Below, one piece after another: positions 48,101 to 62,867 of a DNA stretch of 64,000 nucleotides. Under the pieces are notes generated by a model. That model did not search any database. It saw only the letters and a program-made list of their open reading frames with translations, and was not told where the DNA came from. Position 1 is the stretch's first letter, and each line of letters opens with the position of its first letter. The DNA lies in assembly GCA_000002445.1 (NCBI GenBank), contig CM000208.1, positions 3,936,001-4,000,000 of the forward strand, read 5' to 3'. Position numbers and translations under genes: made by a program. The DNA is from Trypanosoma brucei (Eukaryota).

Positions 48101-50380
48101 CTCAGGTGCAGGAACGATAATGTCACACTCAATGGGAAAAATTAGGAAAGTACATATGGGTGCTGGATCGGTGGCATGCAGCTGTAGGGCGGAGAGTATA
48201 GCAATAGAGGCAGATCTCAAACGGCTCGTAAAGATATTGAGGACAATGAAAAAGCACAAAAACAAAAGTAGCTATATTCACAGACTCATTGTTGCTCTTA
48301 ATGAAGCTTAAAACTGAACATGGAGTAGTAACAGAATCGATACTGAAACGAATGTGAACATTAATTCTTCATATTGTGAGGCTAAGAGTAGCGGTCAACT
48401 TCCAGTTTGTATTCTCACACTGCAGGGTCCCAAGAAATGAAGCAGTTGACAAAGAAGCAGAGAAAGACGATAAAATGCTAAGGGCATATCCAGCATGGAT
48501 CACGGACATAGTCACATGTATAGAAAGGCAAATCCATCGAGAAGGGGACAATGAATTCTAAGAGGGAAAAACATTACAAACACACCACAGTGCTCCACTC
48601 AACCATATTAAACCTACTCATAACAAAGTTCAAAATGGACAGGATAGAGGAAATCATTACAAACGCAATTTATAACAGGCACCTTGAAACAATTCGGATG
48701 GCTACATCATGTGTTCACAAAAACAACAGAGTGGCCTGATTGTAGATAGCGTCGTGGTGACTATGTGGAACTGGATACAGCTGTTAATGGGAAAGCGAGA
48801 AGTACACAGAACGATAATACGGAAACACAGTCATCACAGGTATTGGTAAGACAAAATGAGCCCATAATATCCCCGTTGTGCAACGTGGTGCGTGCACGTC
48901 GTCAAACTAGAGTAGTTTGCCTGATAAAGAAACACGGTTCAGAAAAGGAAAGAGCACTGGAAATGACAAAGATTGCAAAATTGGCAGTTAAGGCATATAA
49001 AGGTAACTAAGACTGCCATGTTTGTGAAATGAATTTTGGGAGAAGTGGTTTACTAGTGGAGCACATGGTCACACATACAAGGAAATGATATCGCAGGTTG
49101 GGAATCAACAGAAAAGGAGCATAAAAGAAGAGGCAGATGAGGAAAAAGAAAAGCTAGGGTGTCGATGGTTCCATATGAAATATGTGTTGTATGGATGGTT
49201 AAAAAGGAATATGCTAACAAAACATCCTGAATAGCAGCAAACAGAAGACAAAAAATGAGAATCAACCTGCAGATCATAGCATGGATGATACAGAATAAGG
49301 AGGATAGAACTGGAGTGTCAAAGGTGTAAAATAATTCTAAAGAGTAAAACTTAACTGACCAGACACAAATGCATTCCAAAGTCAGACAATACTACAGGAG
49401 ACTTCAAAGAGAAAGAAAAGCCACTTAAAGAAAAATGCTCCATGTGTGGAAAGAAGTACCATTAGAGTTGACTTCTTTGTCATATGCGTGAAAAAAACAA
49501 GACACAATGAGTCTTTGAGTTCAAGGTAGCAAATAAAACATTCAAGAGCCAGGAAAGGATCCTTGTAAGATCATTTAGTGAGAAAAAAGGCATTTCAAGA
49601 GGCAGGGGAAACAATTGATTGGAAAAGACCGAGAAAAGGCCAAAAATATGGAGGCACACAGTACTAGAAGAAGGAATAAATTTTGTGTGTGCAAGGTGTG
49701 ATAGTGCATACAAGACACAACACTCACTGGTGTGGCACACACGAACCTACCATAAGGTGCCACAACTGTTAAAAGGAAGAAGAAAGATGAATTGGTAATA
49801 ATAACTCCTACAATGCAGGAAACGACCCAACGCCCGTACTGCCCAATGAGGTGCACACAGAAGCAGTACCGGACAAGGCATCTTCAAGAGAGACACGGTA
49901 AGCCGAAGAAGGAAGCAGTGTAAAACTTGCTGAAGGTCAAATGTGAGGAGTCACCAACCCATCCACTGGTGTGCCCGATATTACTTCCACTAAGGAAAAA
50001 AAGGTATAGAGAGCCTGAAGGAAAAGAAAATATATAACAGTGGCAGCTGGCCCAATTCCTAATGGGTATCTTTAAAATAAGTGGCCACAATGAACCCACT
50101 CTATCCTCTTACAAAAAAGGAAATACAATCAAGAAGTAAAAGGGAGAAGATCGCCAGAAAAGCTGAATATCCCATCCCCATCTTCCCAGCCGTTGGTATT
50201 ACAGACATTCCATAATATGGAGGGGACAAAACGCCATTTCGAAATTTTTTCCCTAGTAGAGACAAAAAAGGAACAGTATCAATGGAGGAAGCGAGGACTG
50301 ATTCATGGCTATTTAAACATCTTCCAAAGATATGCAGAGTATAGAAAGTAGCAGAGCAGCTAATGAAGCACATGTAGATT
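45150..50380 (+). mobile_element. DIRE (degenerate ingi-related element), plus strand
   Basis: Colinear degenerate homologues of the ingi ORF. ORF 46418-46762 (VSWNIVKSIYTPLSFRLPVMVVDG...) matches ingi CSWHIVKKIYAPRPLTTPAVLVDN... ORF 48376-48561 (LRVAVNFQFVFSHCRVPRNEAVDKEAEKDD) matches the ingi RNase H RIRLQFVFGHCGVKRNEVCDEMAKKAA. C2H2 fingers occur at 49011-49088 (DCHVCEMNF...HMVTH), about 49685-49760 (CARCDSAYKTQHSLVWHTRTYH) and about 49828-49890. It is riddled with stops. The boundaries are approximate. Confidence 0.7.
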
Positions 50381-50560
50381 AATTTCACAATGAAAAAGAA
50401 TAAGAAATTTTTTCTAATTTTTGCTGCCTATGTAAGATTATTATTTTTTTAAAATCAAGAACTTTAAAGTTTTAAAAGATTTTGCTCTTTTTTTTATTAA
50501 TTTACTATTCTAATATATTTAACTTTTATTGATGAAAATGTGAAAATTTGGTAAAAATTG
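50380..50560 (+). other. VSG 3'UTR-like remnant downstream of the DIRE
   Basis: CTAATATATTTAACTT (16-mer-like) followed by TTGATGAAAATGTGAAAATTTGG, the same motif found 3' of other VSGs here (54150-54180, 57640-57660). Confidence 0.5.
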
Positions 50561-50644
50561 TATTATATTGGACTATGGGTGTAAAGTAGTAGTATAATAG
50601 TGTATGAAAAGTGACTGGTACTCTAATTTATTCATCTTATTTAT

Positions 50645-50740
50645 TTTATAGATATTAATTATGGTTCGAATAGCAATGGTAACAGCAAGGTAGTGATAGG
50701 AGAGTGTTGTAAGTGTGTATATACTAATATTATACAAGTG
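50645..50740 (+). repeat. 70-bp repeat (single unit)
   Basis: GTGATAGGAGAGTGTTGTAAGTGTGTATATACTAATATTATACAAGTG, preceded by the TTTTATAGATATTAATTATGG boundary. Confidence 0.7.
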
Positions 50741-52486
50741 TTTATGGTAAATATCTGGTGGGAAAAAAAAGAAACAGTTAAACCTATGGGTGAGTAAAGG
50801 TAGGTAAGGGAGTATGAAAGAACGAAGAATATCATCAAAGAAAAGCATAACCACAAAGAGAGTAATGAAGAGGGAAGAACATGGTATATTCGCAGTTTTG
50901 TACACATATGATTATGGGCAGCATCATAGAAAAGGACATGATGAAGACGACAATGAGAAAAGGAGAAAGTGCAGTGTAAAGCCAAAATATTTCACTACGT
51001 TATTCATAGAAGCATTGACTGAAGATAAAAAGGAGGGGACATGTAGAGTCAAGCGGATTAATGTGTGAAAGTACAGCAGATGATAATGACACATCAAAAA
51101 AGAAAAGTAGGAGCCCATTTATGTGTTGTATTACTCAAAACTGAATATATGCGACGGCGGATATGATTGAATCTATAGCTTTTAATCTGATGGAGTATCT
51201 TAATGTCCAACAGTGAATAAACAGAACCTGGAGCTGTAAGAAGGAATTGGGTAAGTGTGGGATAATATTTAAGTCCTCTTTTTATCAAATATGATAATAA
51301 TAGCTACCATATGTGTAAAACAAAATAAAAATAGTCAGGCTAATTTTTAAACTAAGATTAACAATATATTAGTGTGTAAAGTAAATTAAAAATAAAAAAA
51401 CAGAAACTGCATTCAATAGAAGATGTGTGCTTGGCATACGATCTCTATGAAGTGGAAACAATCAGTTACAATATTCTACCAATTCGGTATTTGTACGCTT
51501 TCCAGACAATAAGAGCTTTTAAGGGAGTGTAATTTATGTAAAAGTAGAAGTTGATTCACAGCTGACGAAGCGTGTTAACGGAGATAAAAGGAAGAGGTAG
51601 CTACGTACAGAGCACAACTTTCAATTTTTTAACCGCAAACGTTATAGAGCAGAATATAAAGACCTGAAGGAAAAGGTCAACCAATTTGGCAGTAAGAAGA
51701 AGGATTGAAATTATATTTCGAGGGAAAGAGACAGTGGAAAATTGATAGATGACGTAGAGCAATGACGACCATAAATTTCACATTTTTAGACATAAATACA
51801 GAACAAGGCATATTGGATTTATAAAGTGGAAAATTGTCGTTTAACAGCGTGATTTTTATAACTTTCCACCGAAGACGAACAACTTTGTGTTACGTTGTAA
51901 ATCACATGGAATGTCAGGCAGCAAAAAGAGGTTTAACAAACCTAATCAAGAAATTAAAAGAGGAATGAACACCCAAAACATTTGTAAAAATATCTATAGA
52001 AACATTATTCCTTACAACGGAACGTCAGAAAATCAATATATGACTCTTGTGCGTTCGTGATAGCTGGAATAACATCAATAATTGGGCATTGAGAACAGAA
52101 GATGAAAAAAATGACCCTCAGTCCTAACCGATGATTACAATAATTATATACATGTCCAGATACCATCCCAACTCAACAAGATATTTGACTATACACATTC
52201 ATGGGGTTCTCTAGTTTGTACTGTTCGGCTGGACAAAACGATCAAACACAACAAACACACGCGCCAAAAGCCGCCAGCAGGGCAAGCGATATCCTTTCGT
52301 AGACAGCAGCAGACAGTGAAGGCAGCTTCTGTAGTTGTGCGTAAAAAAAAGCAAGAAACCTCACATGTAAATCATTTAAAACAAAGACCAAACCCTTTTA
52401 AATGTCCTGAACATCAAAAAAACCCGCAACTCTACGACTTACAAGTTTGTTCAATCAAAAGCAAAAGTACCAGTAAAAAACTTGCA

Positions 52487-54063
52487 ATGTGCGACAAATT
52501 TGTTGTTGTGCTACTACTAGCAAGTGGCAGCCTAGCTGACCCTACAACGATGGGCAACGACGCCACGACTTGGTGTCACGAGAGAGCCTACGTCAAGGTG
52601 ATGATTGAGACAATCGAAGACGAAAGAACAGAACGCACGGAGCGGATCAAAGAGGACACCAGGCTAGCGGCGATATTGAACCTACCGGCGGAACACGAAG
52701 CGGCAACTGGGCCGTCCAAAACACGCCAAATACTCTCTATCGCTGCGAAGCAGATGCTTGTAAAAAAGGGACAAAAGCTGGTCGATTTCTTGACAGCAAC
52801 ACAGTGGCCGTTAAAGTATCTTCGGGCGCGACTCAAACTATATGACAATGCAGAGGTAGTTGCGGCGGACAGCGTGCCAACGTTAGGCAACGGCCAGCAC
52901 AGCAGCAACGCCATGGACGCAAACCCCTGCTCATTACACCTAGCGATTAAACAGACAGGAGACAGCATCTGCAGCAGACCGACGCCAGCAGGAGCAACGA
53001 AAGCGGCAGTCAGAGCGAAGATCAACAAATTTACAAAAGCAAAAGCAGTCGACCGTCTCACAGTACCAGCACTTATAACAGGCGGAAAAGCAGAACTGAA
53101 AGCCGGCGACAGCAGCAAATCTTGGACCGGCGTGCAAAACATAGCCGGCTGCTGCAGCTGCACAACAGGCTGCGGCACACACGTCAAGATAACCAGCATA
53201 TCTCAAGCGACAGCAGCAACGAAGGACCGTGAAGCAGCAACTACGCTACCAACAACCGATACCGACTATCCTCAAGATGACGCCGCAGCCGCCAACCCAA
53301 CCCACCAAAACAAAGCCAAGCTGCTGGCAGTATACAAAAAGCTCAAAGAAGCGTTTGCAAACAAGCCACTGAAACTAACGGATATAACGTTAGCTCAAAT
53401 ATAGACACTAGCGAGGAAAGCCGGCGTCGACGCGGCATTATTAGACCCGATAGAAAAACTCGGCAAAGCAGGAACCGAAGCAAGTAACTCTAAACTAGAC
53501 GCAGAAATGGACAGGATTTACAACTCTGGCGCAGACTTCAAAACCAATTTCATTGATAATGCAAAAACTATCAAAATAAAGATCACTGTTGAGGCAGGAA
53601 GCGAACCCATGGAACTGCAGCAGATTGTAGCCAAATGTTAAAATTTCCAAAGCATTTGCATATCTGAAGAAACACCAGTTGAAAAAACAACTCGCTGAGA
53701 AATCCGCAGCGACTACAACGGCGACAAAATCAGCCTCTCAAACCTGTCAGACCAAAAACAAAAAGGCAGACTGCAAAGACGGCGATGGTTGTAAATGGAA
53801 CAGTACTGAGACAAACGAAGGGGATTTCTGCAAACCGAAAAAGGAAGAAGGATAAACAAACACAGAAACAGGAACAGGAGAAGGAGCAGCAGGGAAAGAG
53901 GAAAAGAAAGAAGAGAAATGCAAAGGGAAAGAGCAAAAACACTACAAAGATGGATGCAAATGGGATGGAAAATAATGCTTGCAAAGATTCCAGTATTCTT
54001 GTCGATAAGAGATTGGCTCTGATATCTGCTAACTTTATGTGTTTGGTAGCATTTTATTATTGA
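52487..54063 (+). pseudogene. VSG pseudogene (B-type-like N-domain; in-frame TAG at 53402-53404 plus C-terminal frameshifts)
   Basis: MCDKFVVVLLLASGSLA signal peptide and a cysteine-rich N-domain (CSLHLAIKQTGDSICS, GCCSCTTGCGTH). The C-domain has CQTKNKKADCKDGDGCKWNSTETNEGDFCKPKKEEG. The terminal ORF 53785-54063 has ...CKDSSILVDKRLALISANFMCLVAFYY*. Confidence 0.75.
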
Positions 54064-54289
54064 TATTTTTACTCAATTTTATTAAATTATATGTTTAGAG
54101 GAAATTTTCTAAATTTTTCTGAAATACGCTAAAAAATCATAAATTTTACCACATTTATGATGAAAATGTGAAAATGAGTAAAACGTTTTTTGATATTTTT
54201 GTGAAATATACATGGTTTTTACCTACACGTTCAACGTAGTATGGTAATAGTGTATGAAAATGTTTTTCTATTTGAATTTATTCATTTTG

Positions 54290-54370
54290 TCGATATTAGT
54301 TAATGTTATAATAGTAATAATGATGATACTAGTAGGTGAATGTTATGTGTGTGAATGTATTAATACTCTA
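54290..54370 (+). repeat. 70-bp repeat (single, highly degenerate unit)
   Basis: TCGATATTAGTTAATGTTATAATAGTAATAATGATGATACTAGTAGGTGAATGTTATGTGTGTGAATGTATTAATACT. Confidence 0.5.
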
Positions 54371-56127
54371 AGGCCAGCGTGCCTAAGTCTAACTGGACGG
54401 GAAAAAATAGAAGCACATAAAATTGACAGTATTGTTAAATGGAATTAAGTGAGTATATAAATTAATGGGATAAACTAAGAGGTGGAATACGCGCAGTTGA
54501 ATACGCAAATGCGACTGTTGGTATCATCATAAAAAAGGAAATGTTGGGTAGACAATTCTGAATACACTAAAGCTAGTGTGCAATCGAAGTAGAGTAGCTA
54601 AGTGTTTCGTGGTATCAATGCCGGGCACGATAAGGGAAATGAAATACACCATTCATAGACAGGATGTGCGACTGAGAACCTGAGAGGAAAATAATACATG
54701 AAGTGGATTAACCGATGGCACGCTGCATTTTACGCAAATATGGGTATATACTGCTGAAACTTTGATAAAAGCGACTCTCATTTTATGATAATACTGGAAA
54801 CTTATGGCTAGCTCTAGAGGAAAAACAGTAGCAAAAGGAGTAAGAAGGGATTTTTTATGAGTGTGGTAATATCGATGTCTTGTTCTCGTCATACATAGTA
54901 ATCATCTCTAACATTTGTTTGAAATAATGAAATATTCTCAATACCATATTTTTAAAGAAGTGACCACTTTGGAATTACTGCAGTCATAAAAATGAAAATA
55001 TAAAACGGAAATTGCTTAAAGTACCCCATTTGTCTGCCGTTGTAAGAGGTTTATGAAGTACTGAAAGTTTGTAATGACAGTCCTCCAATTCCGTATTGGT
55101 TTACTGGACAGATAATTTTTACTTTCAAGGGGCGAATAATAAACATAAGAGATGTCGCGGATGCGAAACTAACAAATCGCATCAACAAGAGAAAATCAGT
55201 AACTAATGAACTTTCTGCATTACAATTATACAGTGCAAAACGGCAGCTAACTGAAGAGCAACACAATCTCAACCAGAAGAAAGAAAACAATAGCGTCTAT
55301 CAAAAAAGAGACCGATACTTTTCTATTCCACTAGCGGCAGTCATGGATAAATTTTCACAACATATAACCCAATAAAAACCATAAAGGTAAAAATTTTAAT
55401 ATTTAGGAGGTTTATCAGAAATTTGGACAGACGAGAGGCCTTGAATGCAGGAGTATAGATGTAAATATAACAGATGGGAAGTGAAGTCAAAGACAGACTG
55501 AATTTTTATTAGTAGAGGTATATTGGTACTTTTAATAAAAAACAATATGTCACCTGTCATCGATTGGCTCAGCGGTAAAAAACGCATATTGAAATAGAAG
55601 TATAGAAGCAATATCACTTTCTACATTAATACTATGTAAATCCACATGAAGTTCATAAACTCTAACAATCTATGAATTATAGATAACTGCGAGAGTTTAC
55701 AAAGTCACAGCAAGCAAACTCTATGTGAGAAAGAAAACAGCAATAGAACTAACTTGAAATAAAGGGCATTTCCGTCAGTAATAGCTAAATTATACAGCTA
55801 ATATAGTTGAAAAATTTGTACTAAGAACATGATAATTAGTCGAAATATTTAAACAGTGATATGGCGTTTAAGTATGGAAAATTAAAGAAGTTTAATTTAC
55901 AGAGGACCGAGAGAGTAGAGAAAGAAAAAGGGAAATGCAAGGAAAAGTTGTTCCGGAGGTGAAAGGTTCGTATTTTTGAAAATAACTAGACGGCACCATG
56001 CTTATTAGACCTTAAAAATAAAATTTGCTGGAAATGTCATGTGCAAAGACTAAGACAAAACGTACTGTTCTCTGAATCCTCAACGTCATCGCGACAAGTT
56101 AAAGCAAGTAAAAGTCAGTGACGGAAG

Positions 56128-57566
56128 ATGGCTATACAATTAAGTACAGCCCGACTTCTGTTGTACATAGCCACTGTGCTCGTGCTCCAAACTGCAAGAA
56201 AAAGCGATGCTGCTAAAGAGGCCCTAAAATGGAATGAGCTCACAAAACTTTGCAAAATAGCAAATTTTTTAAGAAAAATACCAGCATATGCATTACAAAA
56301 AGCAAACGAACAAAATACAGCCTTACAAGCAGCGCTCAAAGCCAAGGTAGCGGCAGCGGCGGCGGCGGAAGCACAGACGGACGCCCACATCAGCATGGTG
56401 GCAGCAGCAACCGCAGCGGCAGCAGACAAATGCATAGAAGACGCAACTGAGCAAGCGTGGAACATCCAAGAAAAAGCGATAAAATCCGCAGCTTTAGGAG
56501 CACTTCAAGCTGGACGGATCAGCGAGCTCGTACATCTTCTAAATAGCATGTCAACTGGTGGAGGGAGCAACGGATACTGTCTAGCACAAGACGGCGACAA
56601 CGCACAGACGGACACGACAGTCGACGGAGTCGGCTGCGCGACTCTAAGCCCCGATTTAGCCGCTGCGCCACTCGCGTACAATGACGCAAAATTCACAGAC
56701 AAAGGCTTCAGTGAAGTTAAAGCCGGCACAGCTAAGCACAGCTCACCGACCAAATGCATTTTGCTACACAAAGCAGACACCGATAACCCAGCCGCAGGCG
56801 ATCTATTTCAGCGCAAGGGACCGCACCTATTAGGAGGCGGACTACTGTCAGTCACGGCGCACACAACAGCCATCGAAGCAACGATAACAGGCCTAGACAA
56901 CATAGCTACTGCAGGCAGAATCGCACAAGCCGAAACAGCCGCTCAGCACCTGTACAATGCTGTAGCAGACCTCAAAGCGGCGGTGCCGATTTCCTGCGGC
57001 TCATAGCACACCGGCGTTATAGAGGGCCTTGTAAACGATGGTTCAGTAGCAACACAACTAGCAAACATGATCAAAACAGCAAAGCCAGACCTGCGTGACG
57101 GAGAAGATGCCAAGCAGGCGGAGGCTATTCTCACGGCAATACCAGCAAAAGACAACAACAGAGGCAAAAACATTCGAGAAAAAATCCTAAAAACAAAAAT
57201 TTACATGGTAAAGAACGGTAACAGTGTAGAAACGGCAATATCCGACATAAGTTCAGCAGCTGAGAGAAGGACAGGATATCTTTTAGGACACAACAAAACA
57301 AGAATTCAGCTGGCAGAATTGTCCAAGCAGCTGACGGCTGCAAGACAAAAGAAAGAAAAAGCGGACACCCCCAAAACACAAGAAACAGACGAAACTTGCA
57401 AAAAAATGGACAGGAGCCGAGTGCAAAGAAGGCTGAAAATGGGACGGCGAAGGCGACAATGAAAAGTGCGTAAATTATCCGGATTGTACACAAAAAAGGA
57501 AGCAAATCAAGATACAAAATACCATGGCGAGTACTTCCGTTGTGACTAACGCACTATTTTGCTTTT
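56128..57566 (+). pseudogene. VSG pseudogene (in-frame TAG at 57004-57006 and a C-terminal frameshift)
   Basis: Signal peptide MAIQLSTARLLLYIATVLVLQTA and an alanine-rich N-domain. The same-frame continuation is 57067-57462. The C-domain has ETCKK..DCTQKRKQIKIQNTMASTSVVTNALFCF* (degenerate GPI signal). Confidence 0.75.
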
Positions 57567-57625
57567 AGGATGCAAAACTTAAGTGTTTTATCATGCTAAG
57601 GATTGTTACTCAATTTTATTAAATT

Positions 57626-57641
57626 TAATATATTATAACAC
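57626..57641 (+). promoter_or_regulatory. VSG 3'UTR 16-mer variant (TAATATATTATAACAC)
   Basis: 2 mismatches, followed by TTTTGATGAAAATGCGAAAACTG. Confidence 0.6.
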
Positions 57642-57779
57642 CTTTTGATGAAAATGCGAAAACTGATGATGAATCAATTAATATGGTATTTTCTACGATA
57701 ATTTTTTATGAGCGTAATGTTGTAGGATAACCGGGTGTTAAAACTTTATTATTCTGTCTATTTTATTGATATTAATAGT

Positions 57780-58312
<533 letters not shown>

Positions 58313-59772
58313 TAAGAATGGAGAAGACTTAATGCATGGACACAATACACAAATTTAAAAATATGGTAAGGTGTAATCAGATCACGTAGCTGAGAACGAA
58401 CGAGTAGAAACGAGCAGTAGTATTATTTTAAAGAGACATGCAGAGGCTGGTGAATCAAACGCGGGTTCCAGCGGCGAAAGTAACAATGATGAATATGCGA
58501 AAGAATAGGAAGGCTGAGACCGTGGAGAGAACGAACGCGACGGAAGAAACAAATGTAGTTATTGCGTTTTATGCAGCGACAGCGAAAGGAAATGCATGAC
58601 TAAAGTGCAAGGGAAAATAAGAGACAAAAGAACAAGAAAGCAGTATATTAATCAGTGAATTATCTCTATGAACTGAACAGAATCGATGCCAGCACAACAT
58701 TAACTCCGTATTGGTATACTAGGTGGTCACTAAGCCATTTAAAGAATTGAGTAATTAACATAATATTTTTCGCTGATACAAATCTAACGGAGCCTATTTA
58801 TAAAGCAAAAGAAGCAAAAAGACATTTTTGTACATCAATTCATGAAGCTTAGCCGCCATCTAAGCAACCCGATTGCAGATAATTGAGAGCAGAAGCTAAA
58901 CCGAATTGCATTCAATAAAAAACAACATCACAACTTGGCCATTTTAAGGAAAAATGCAGGCTGAGAATTAACGGAAGATAGTAGGGAGTAAGGGCTGTAA
59001 ATGATAGGTATTTTAAATAAAAAAATAGATTAACTTGCTTTGAATATATAAAGTAGAGATTCCTTAACTAAACTGAATACATTGCTACAAAAATTGTGGA
59101 AAAAACAACAGAATAGAACTTCCACCCTAAAAACATCTAAATAAAGACACCAAAAGCGATTCAACAACTATAATCGTCGAAATACAAAAAGCAGCCACAA
59201 GATGTCACAGGCAAAATCTCTACAGAACAGTTCGGTCATAGTGAAGAAGCGGCTACGCATAATAGATAATCCAGGTAGAAATTGCCTAACTGTCAGAAAA
59301 CAAAGCAAACATTGTTGATGACAAGAAAAAAATTAGAGAGACCAAACCGCACTAAAAGCGGGGCTCTAACATTAGCATGTTTATCTGTAACTGTTCCAGC
59401 AACCATTCTGAAAAAAGAAATTCAGGGAATGGCAAAACTGACTTTAAATGATTTTATAAAGTTGTTAGAAACATTTTTCTTGTAAGAAAATCTTGAGCCA
59501 ATACAAAAGACCTTAAGCATCAACAAGTTGTATGTCAAAACATCACAAACAACGCGACGCACCAGCAATGATAGCCGCCTCACCGGAACCGACAAACACG
59601 TGTACAGAAACAACGCGGCGCACGCACTATCGCTTGAGCCAATGACAGACCAACTGGAACCGCTGTGAAAAATGCGCAACGTCAACAGGATAGTTAGCCA
59701 ACTAACCTACCACCGAACAACGTCTAAAAAACCGTCCTTTACAACCCTCATCCTGAAGAAAAAGAAGAAGCA

Positions 59773-61260
59773 ATGCAGTGCCTAGCCACAGCAGTATTTT
59801 TTTTGCTAGCATTTCTTTACAGCACAGAGCAGGCTGTTGGCTCGAAAAAAGCTAATGCACAGTGCAAAAGCGCCTGCGGCTGTAAATCGCGACTGCTTAA
59901 GCGGTTAGACCTTTACACAAGCAAGTACGCCGACGGCATAAGCAATGAACGCAGAAATACCGAAGCCCACGCAAAACTCGTCGCGGCAGCGCTGGCAGCC
60001 CCACCTTCAATGAGGAAGAAGATCTTACCTTTACTAGTGGCAGCGGGCGATATCCTTGATACTTGTCGGGCTGATCTTGCAACAGCACGGCCCCTTGTGC
60101 AAACGGCAATGGCAAAAGTCACAGAAGCTGCCGGAGTCTACAATACACTGCAGAAGTTAGAAGACAACCTCGGCGAAGTAAAGATCGAATTTGGCGGCAG
60201 CGACCTCAACCTACCCGTAACCAAATTTACAACAAAATCTCTAGGCGCTCTAAAACAAGCAAGCTGCACTGGCCCGGATGGCGAACCGCAAGGACTCAAA
60301 CTAGCCTTCGAACACGAAGAAAACGAACCATAACCAGCAAAACTAATAACACACAGCCACATCGACCTGACCTGCAGGACGGGCGCAAGCCAAAACACGG
60401 CCTGCCACGGAAACGTAATCAACAACCAAGCTCACATAACAATAGGGCATAGCTTTAGCAAAGCGGCAAAAGACGAAAGCGAATAGTGGGCGGCGGCAGC
60501 CGCAAAGAAAAAAAAACCATACACAGCAACGAAGCCGATTTCCTCGGCGGCAACGCGACGGTGGCGCACGAAGCGCTCAAAGCAATACGGTCAGCAGGAG
60601 CCACGACGCCCTGCAGCTCGCTCATAACAGATTTCAATGCTGTTAGAAGCAACCCCAAATTCAAAATAATGGTAATCAAGGCATTGCTGAACAAGCCACA
60701 AGCGGAGAAGGAAAGTGACGCAACACCCGCCGAAGTAACTGAGGCGATTAACACTGCCTACGGTCGGGAAGGCGCCGACTACAAGACCAAAACATGGAAA
60801 GATATAGGTTCAACTCTAATTCCCAAGGCAGATCCGTCAGGGGAAAAAACAGACACAATCGACAAGCTCTCAAGCTTGCCACTATGGGCCGACGCAATAG
60901 CACGAATCCTCCTACAACAAACGACAAAGCAAGAGGAACAATCAATAAAAACCTCCAGCGACGAAACAACAAACAAAGAATGCGACAAACACACTGCTAA
61001 AACCGAAGGAGAGTGCAACAAACTCGGATGTGACTATGACGCCGAAAATAAAAAATGCAAACCTAAATCAGAAAAAGAAACCACAGCGGCAGGAAAAAAA
61101 GATAGAGCTGCGGGAGAAGCTGGATGTGCAAAGTATGGAACTGAGAAAACTAAATGCGAAGCTAACAAAAGCTGCAGATGGGAAACCGAAACTTTTAAAA
61201 ATTAAACTTTTCTTTAATAAAATTTGCTTTGATTTCTTCTACCTTTGTTAGTTTGGCGTA
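59773..61260 (+). pseudogene. VSG pseudogene (B-type; frameshifted)
   Basis: ORF 59773-60333 has the signal peptide MQCLATAVFFLLAFLYS and AQCKSACGCK. The middle frame is 60334-60485. ORF 60486-61205 has the C-domain ECDKHTAKTEGECNKLGCDYDAENKKCKPK...GCAKYGTEKTKCEANKSCRWE. A degenerate hydrophobic tail follows. Confidence 0.75.
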
Positions 61261-61479
61261 ATTCTAACATTTAAAGATATTGTTGCTCAATTCTCTAAAA
61301 TTTATAAAATTTTATGAAACTTTACACTCTTGTAGCGCTTTTGCGAAATGTGTAAATTTTAAAAATATAAAAATATAATATTTTTGTATGAAAATGACCT
61401 ATGGGAGAAAGTAATAGGGTTTCAGTGTCTGCAAAGTGGGTTATATTATGAAATTTAATAAATTTTTAATGGATACTAG

Positions 61480-61585
61480 TTAGCGTTATAATTGTAAGGC
61501 TGATGATAATAATAATAATGATAATAATAATAACAATAGAAGAGTGTTGTGACTGTTTGTATATACGAATATTATACTGAAAGTA
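61480..61585 (+). repeat. 70-bp repeat
   Basis: GATGATAATAATAATAATGATAATAATAATAACAATAGAAGAGTGTTGTGACTGTTTGTATATACGAATATTATACTGAAAG. Confidence 0.75.
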
Positions 61586-62867
61586 ATAGAAAAGGCTGAA
61601 AGGGCGCTATAATACAAGCACTTAAAACAATGGTAATTGTGTAATATGAGTAATTTGTAAGTAGAAAAGTGGCTATGAGAACGATTAAAGTAGATTTAAT
61701 ATGTGCAGTTTCAAATACACACATGATAATTTACACAATCATAAACAAGAAAATAATGGAAAGAAAAGTAAGGGAGAGAGTGCAGTGTACAGGCTAAATG
61801 GAGTTGCTGCGTTAACCGCAGAGAATCTAATAGAAGCAGAAAAAGGTACAGAAGGGGAAAATACTGGATTGGGTGACGGAACATGCGGCACCTCGTCGCG
61901 AAATAAGAGTGCTAAAGGAGCCATTTATGCCCAGTATTTCAACAAAAAGTAAATAGATACTACAGCGGAGATGGCGATGGAAACTGTGGTCTTCTTCCGA
62001 TGGAAGATCCTACTCTCCAGCTGTAAAAAAACACAACAAGCAGAGGAAGTAGAAAAAGAACGGAGGGGTTGGGTAAGCGTGAGGTAATTTCGTATAGGTC
62101 ACAATAAATAGAGTAATATTGTTCGACTCCTGTGTCCAAAAATATATTTCTATTTTGAGAAATATTTTAAAAATAGGACTGCTAATAGATTTCCATGAAT
62201 AGAAAAGGAAAAATAAAAACAACACCGAAACTGATTAAAACAACTTGTATATGAACACACGGATAATCTTTTTTAAATGAAGAGGGTCAATGGCGATACC
62301 ACTCCAATTCCGAATTGACATACTAACCAGAAATTAAGGGCTTTGACGGAACGAGAGATGCCTATAAAAGCGGTCGCTGACCGCATCATACGGTACAAAT
62401 TAGCGCAGTAAAAGCACCGAATAAGGAAGTATATGGACCCAGAGTACCAATTCTTAGACGGCATAGATCTAAAACTACGCATCTCTTTAAGGCATAAAAA
62501 CGATAAAAGCGAAACAGCAAAGAGCATAAGCGTTAGATTGTTATTTATTCGAGATGTATTAATGACAATTAATGTGTAGATAGAACAGATGATAAACTAT
62601 AAGATTCAAAATTTTAGCCATAAAAATATGCAGAGTATTTTTAAAAATTACAGGATTGGGTTGAGCCAGAAACAGATGTAATAGATGCAAAACGACCTGA
62701 ATTAAGAGCCAAAAATAAACTTAAAGAAAAATTTAATTTAACTCCTAATAAACATTGGTTTGTATGGTGGAACAACCCCTTTTATAGCTTAAAAATATAA
62801 AAAACAACCATTCATAATGATAACTTACATATCACAAATAGTTTAGTTGTTAGAAACATTGATAGAA

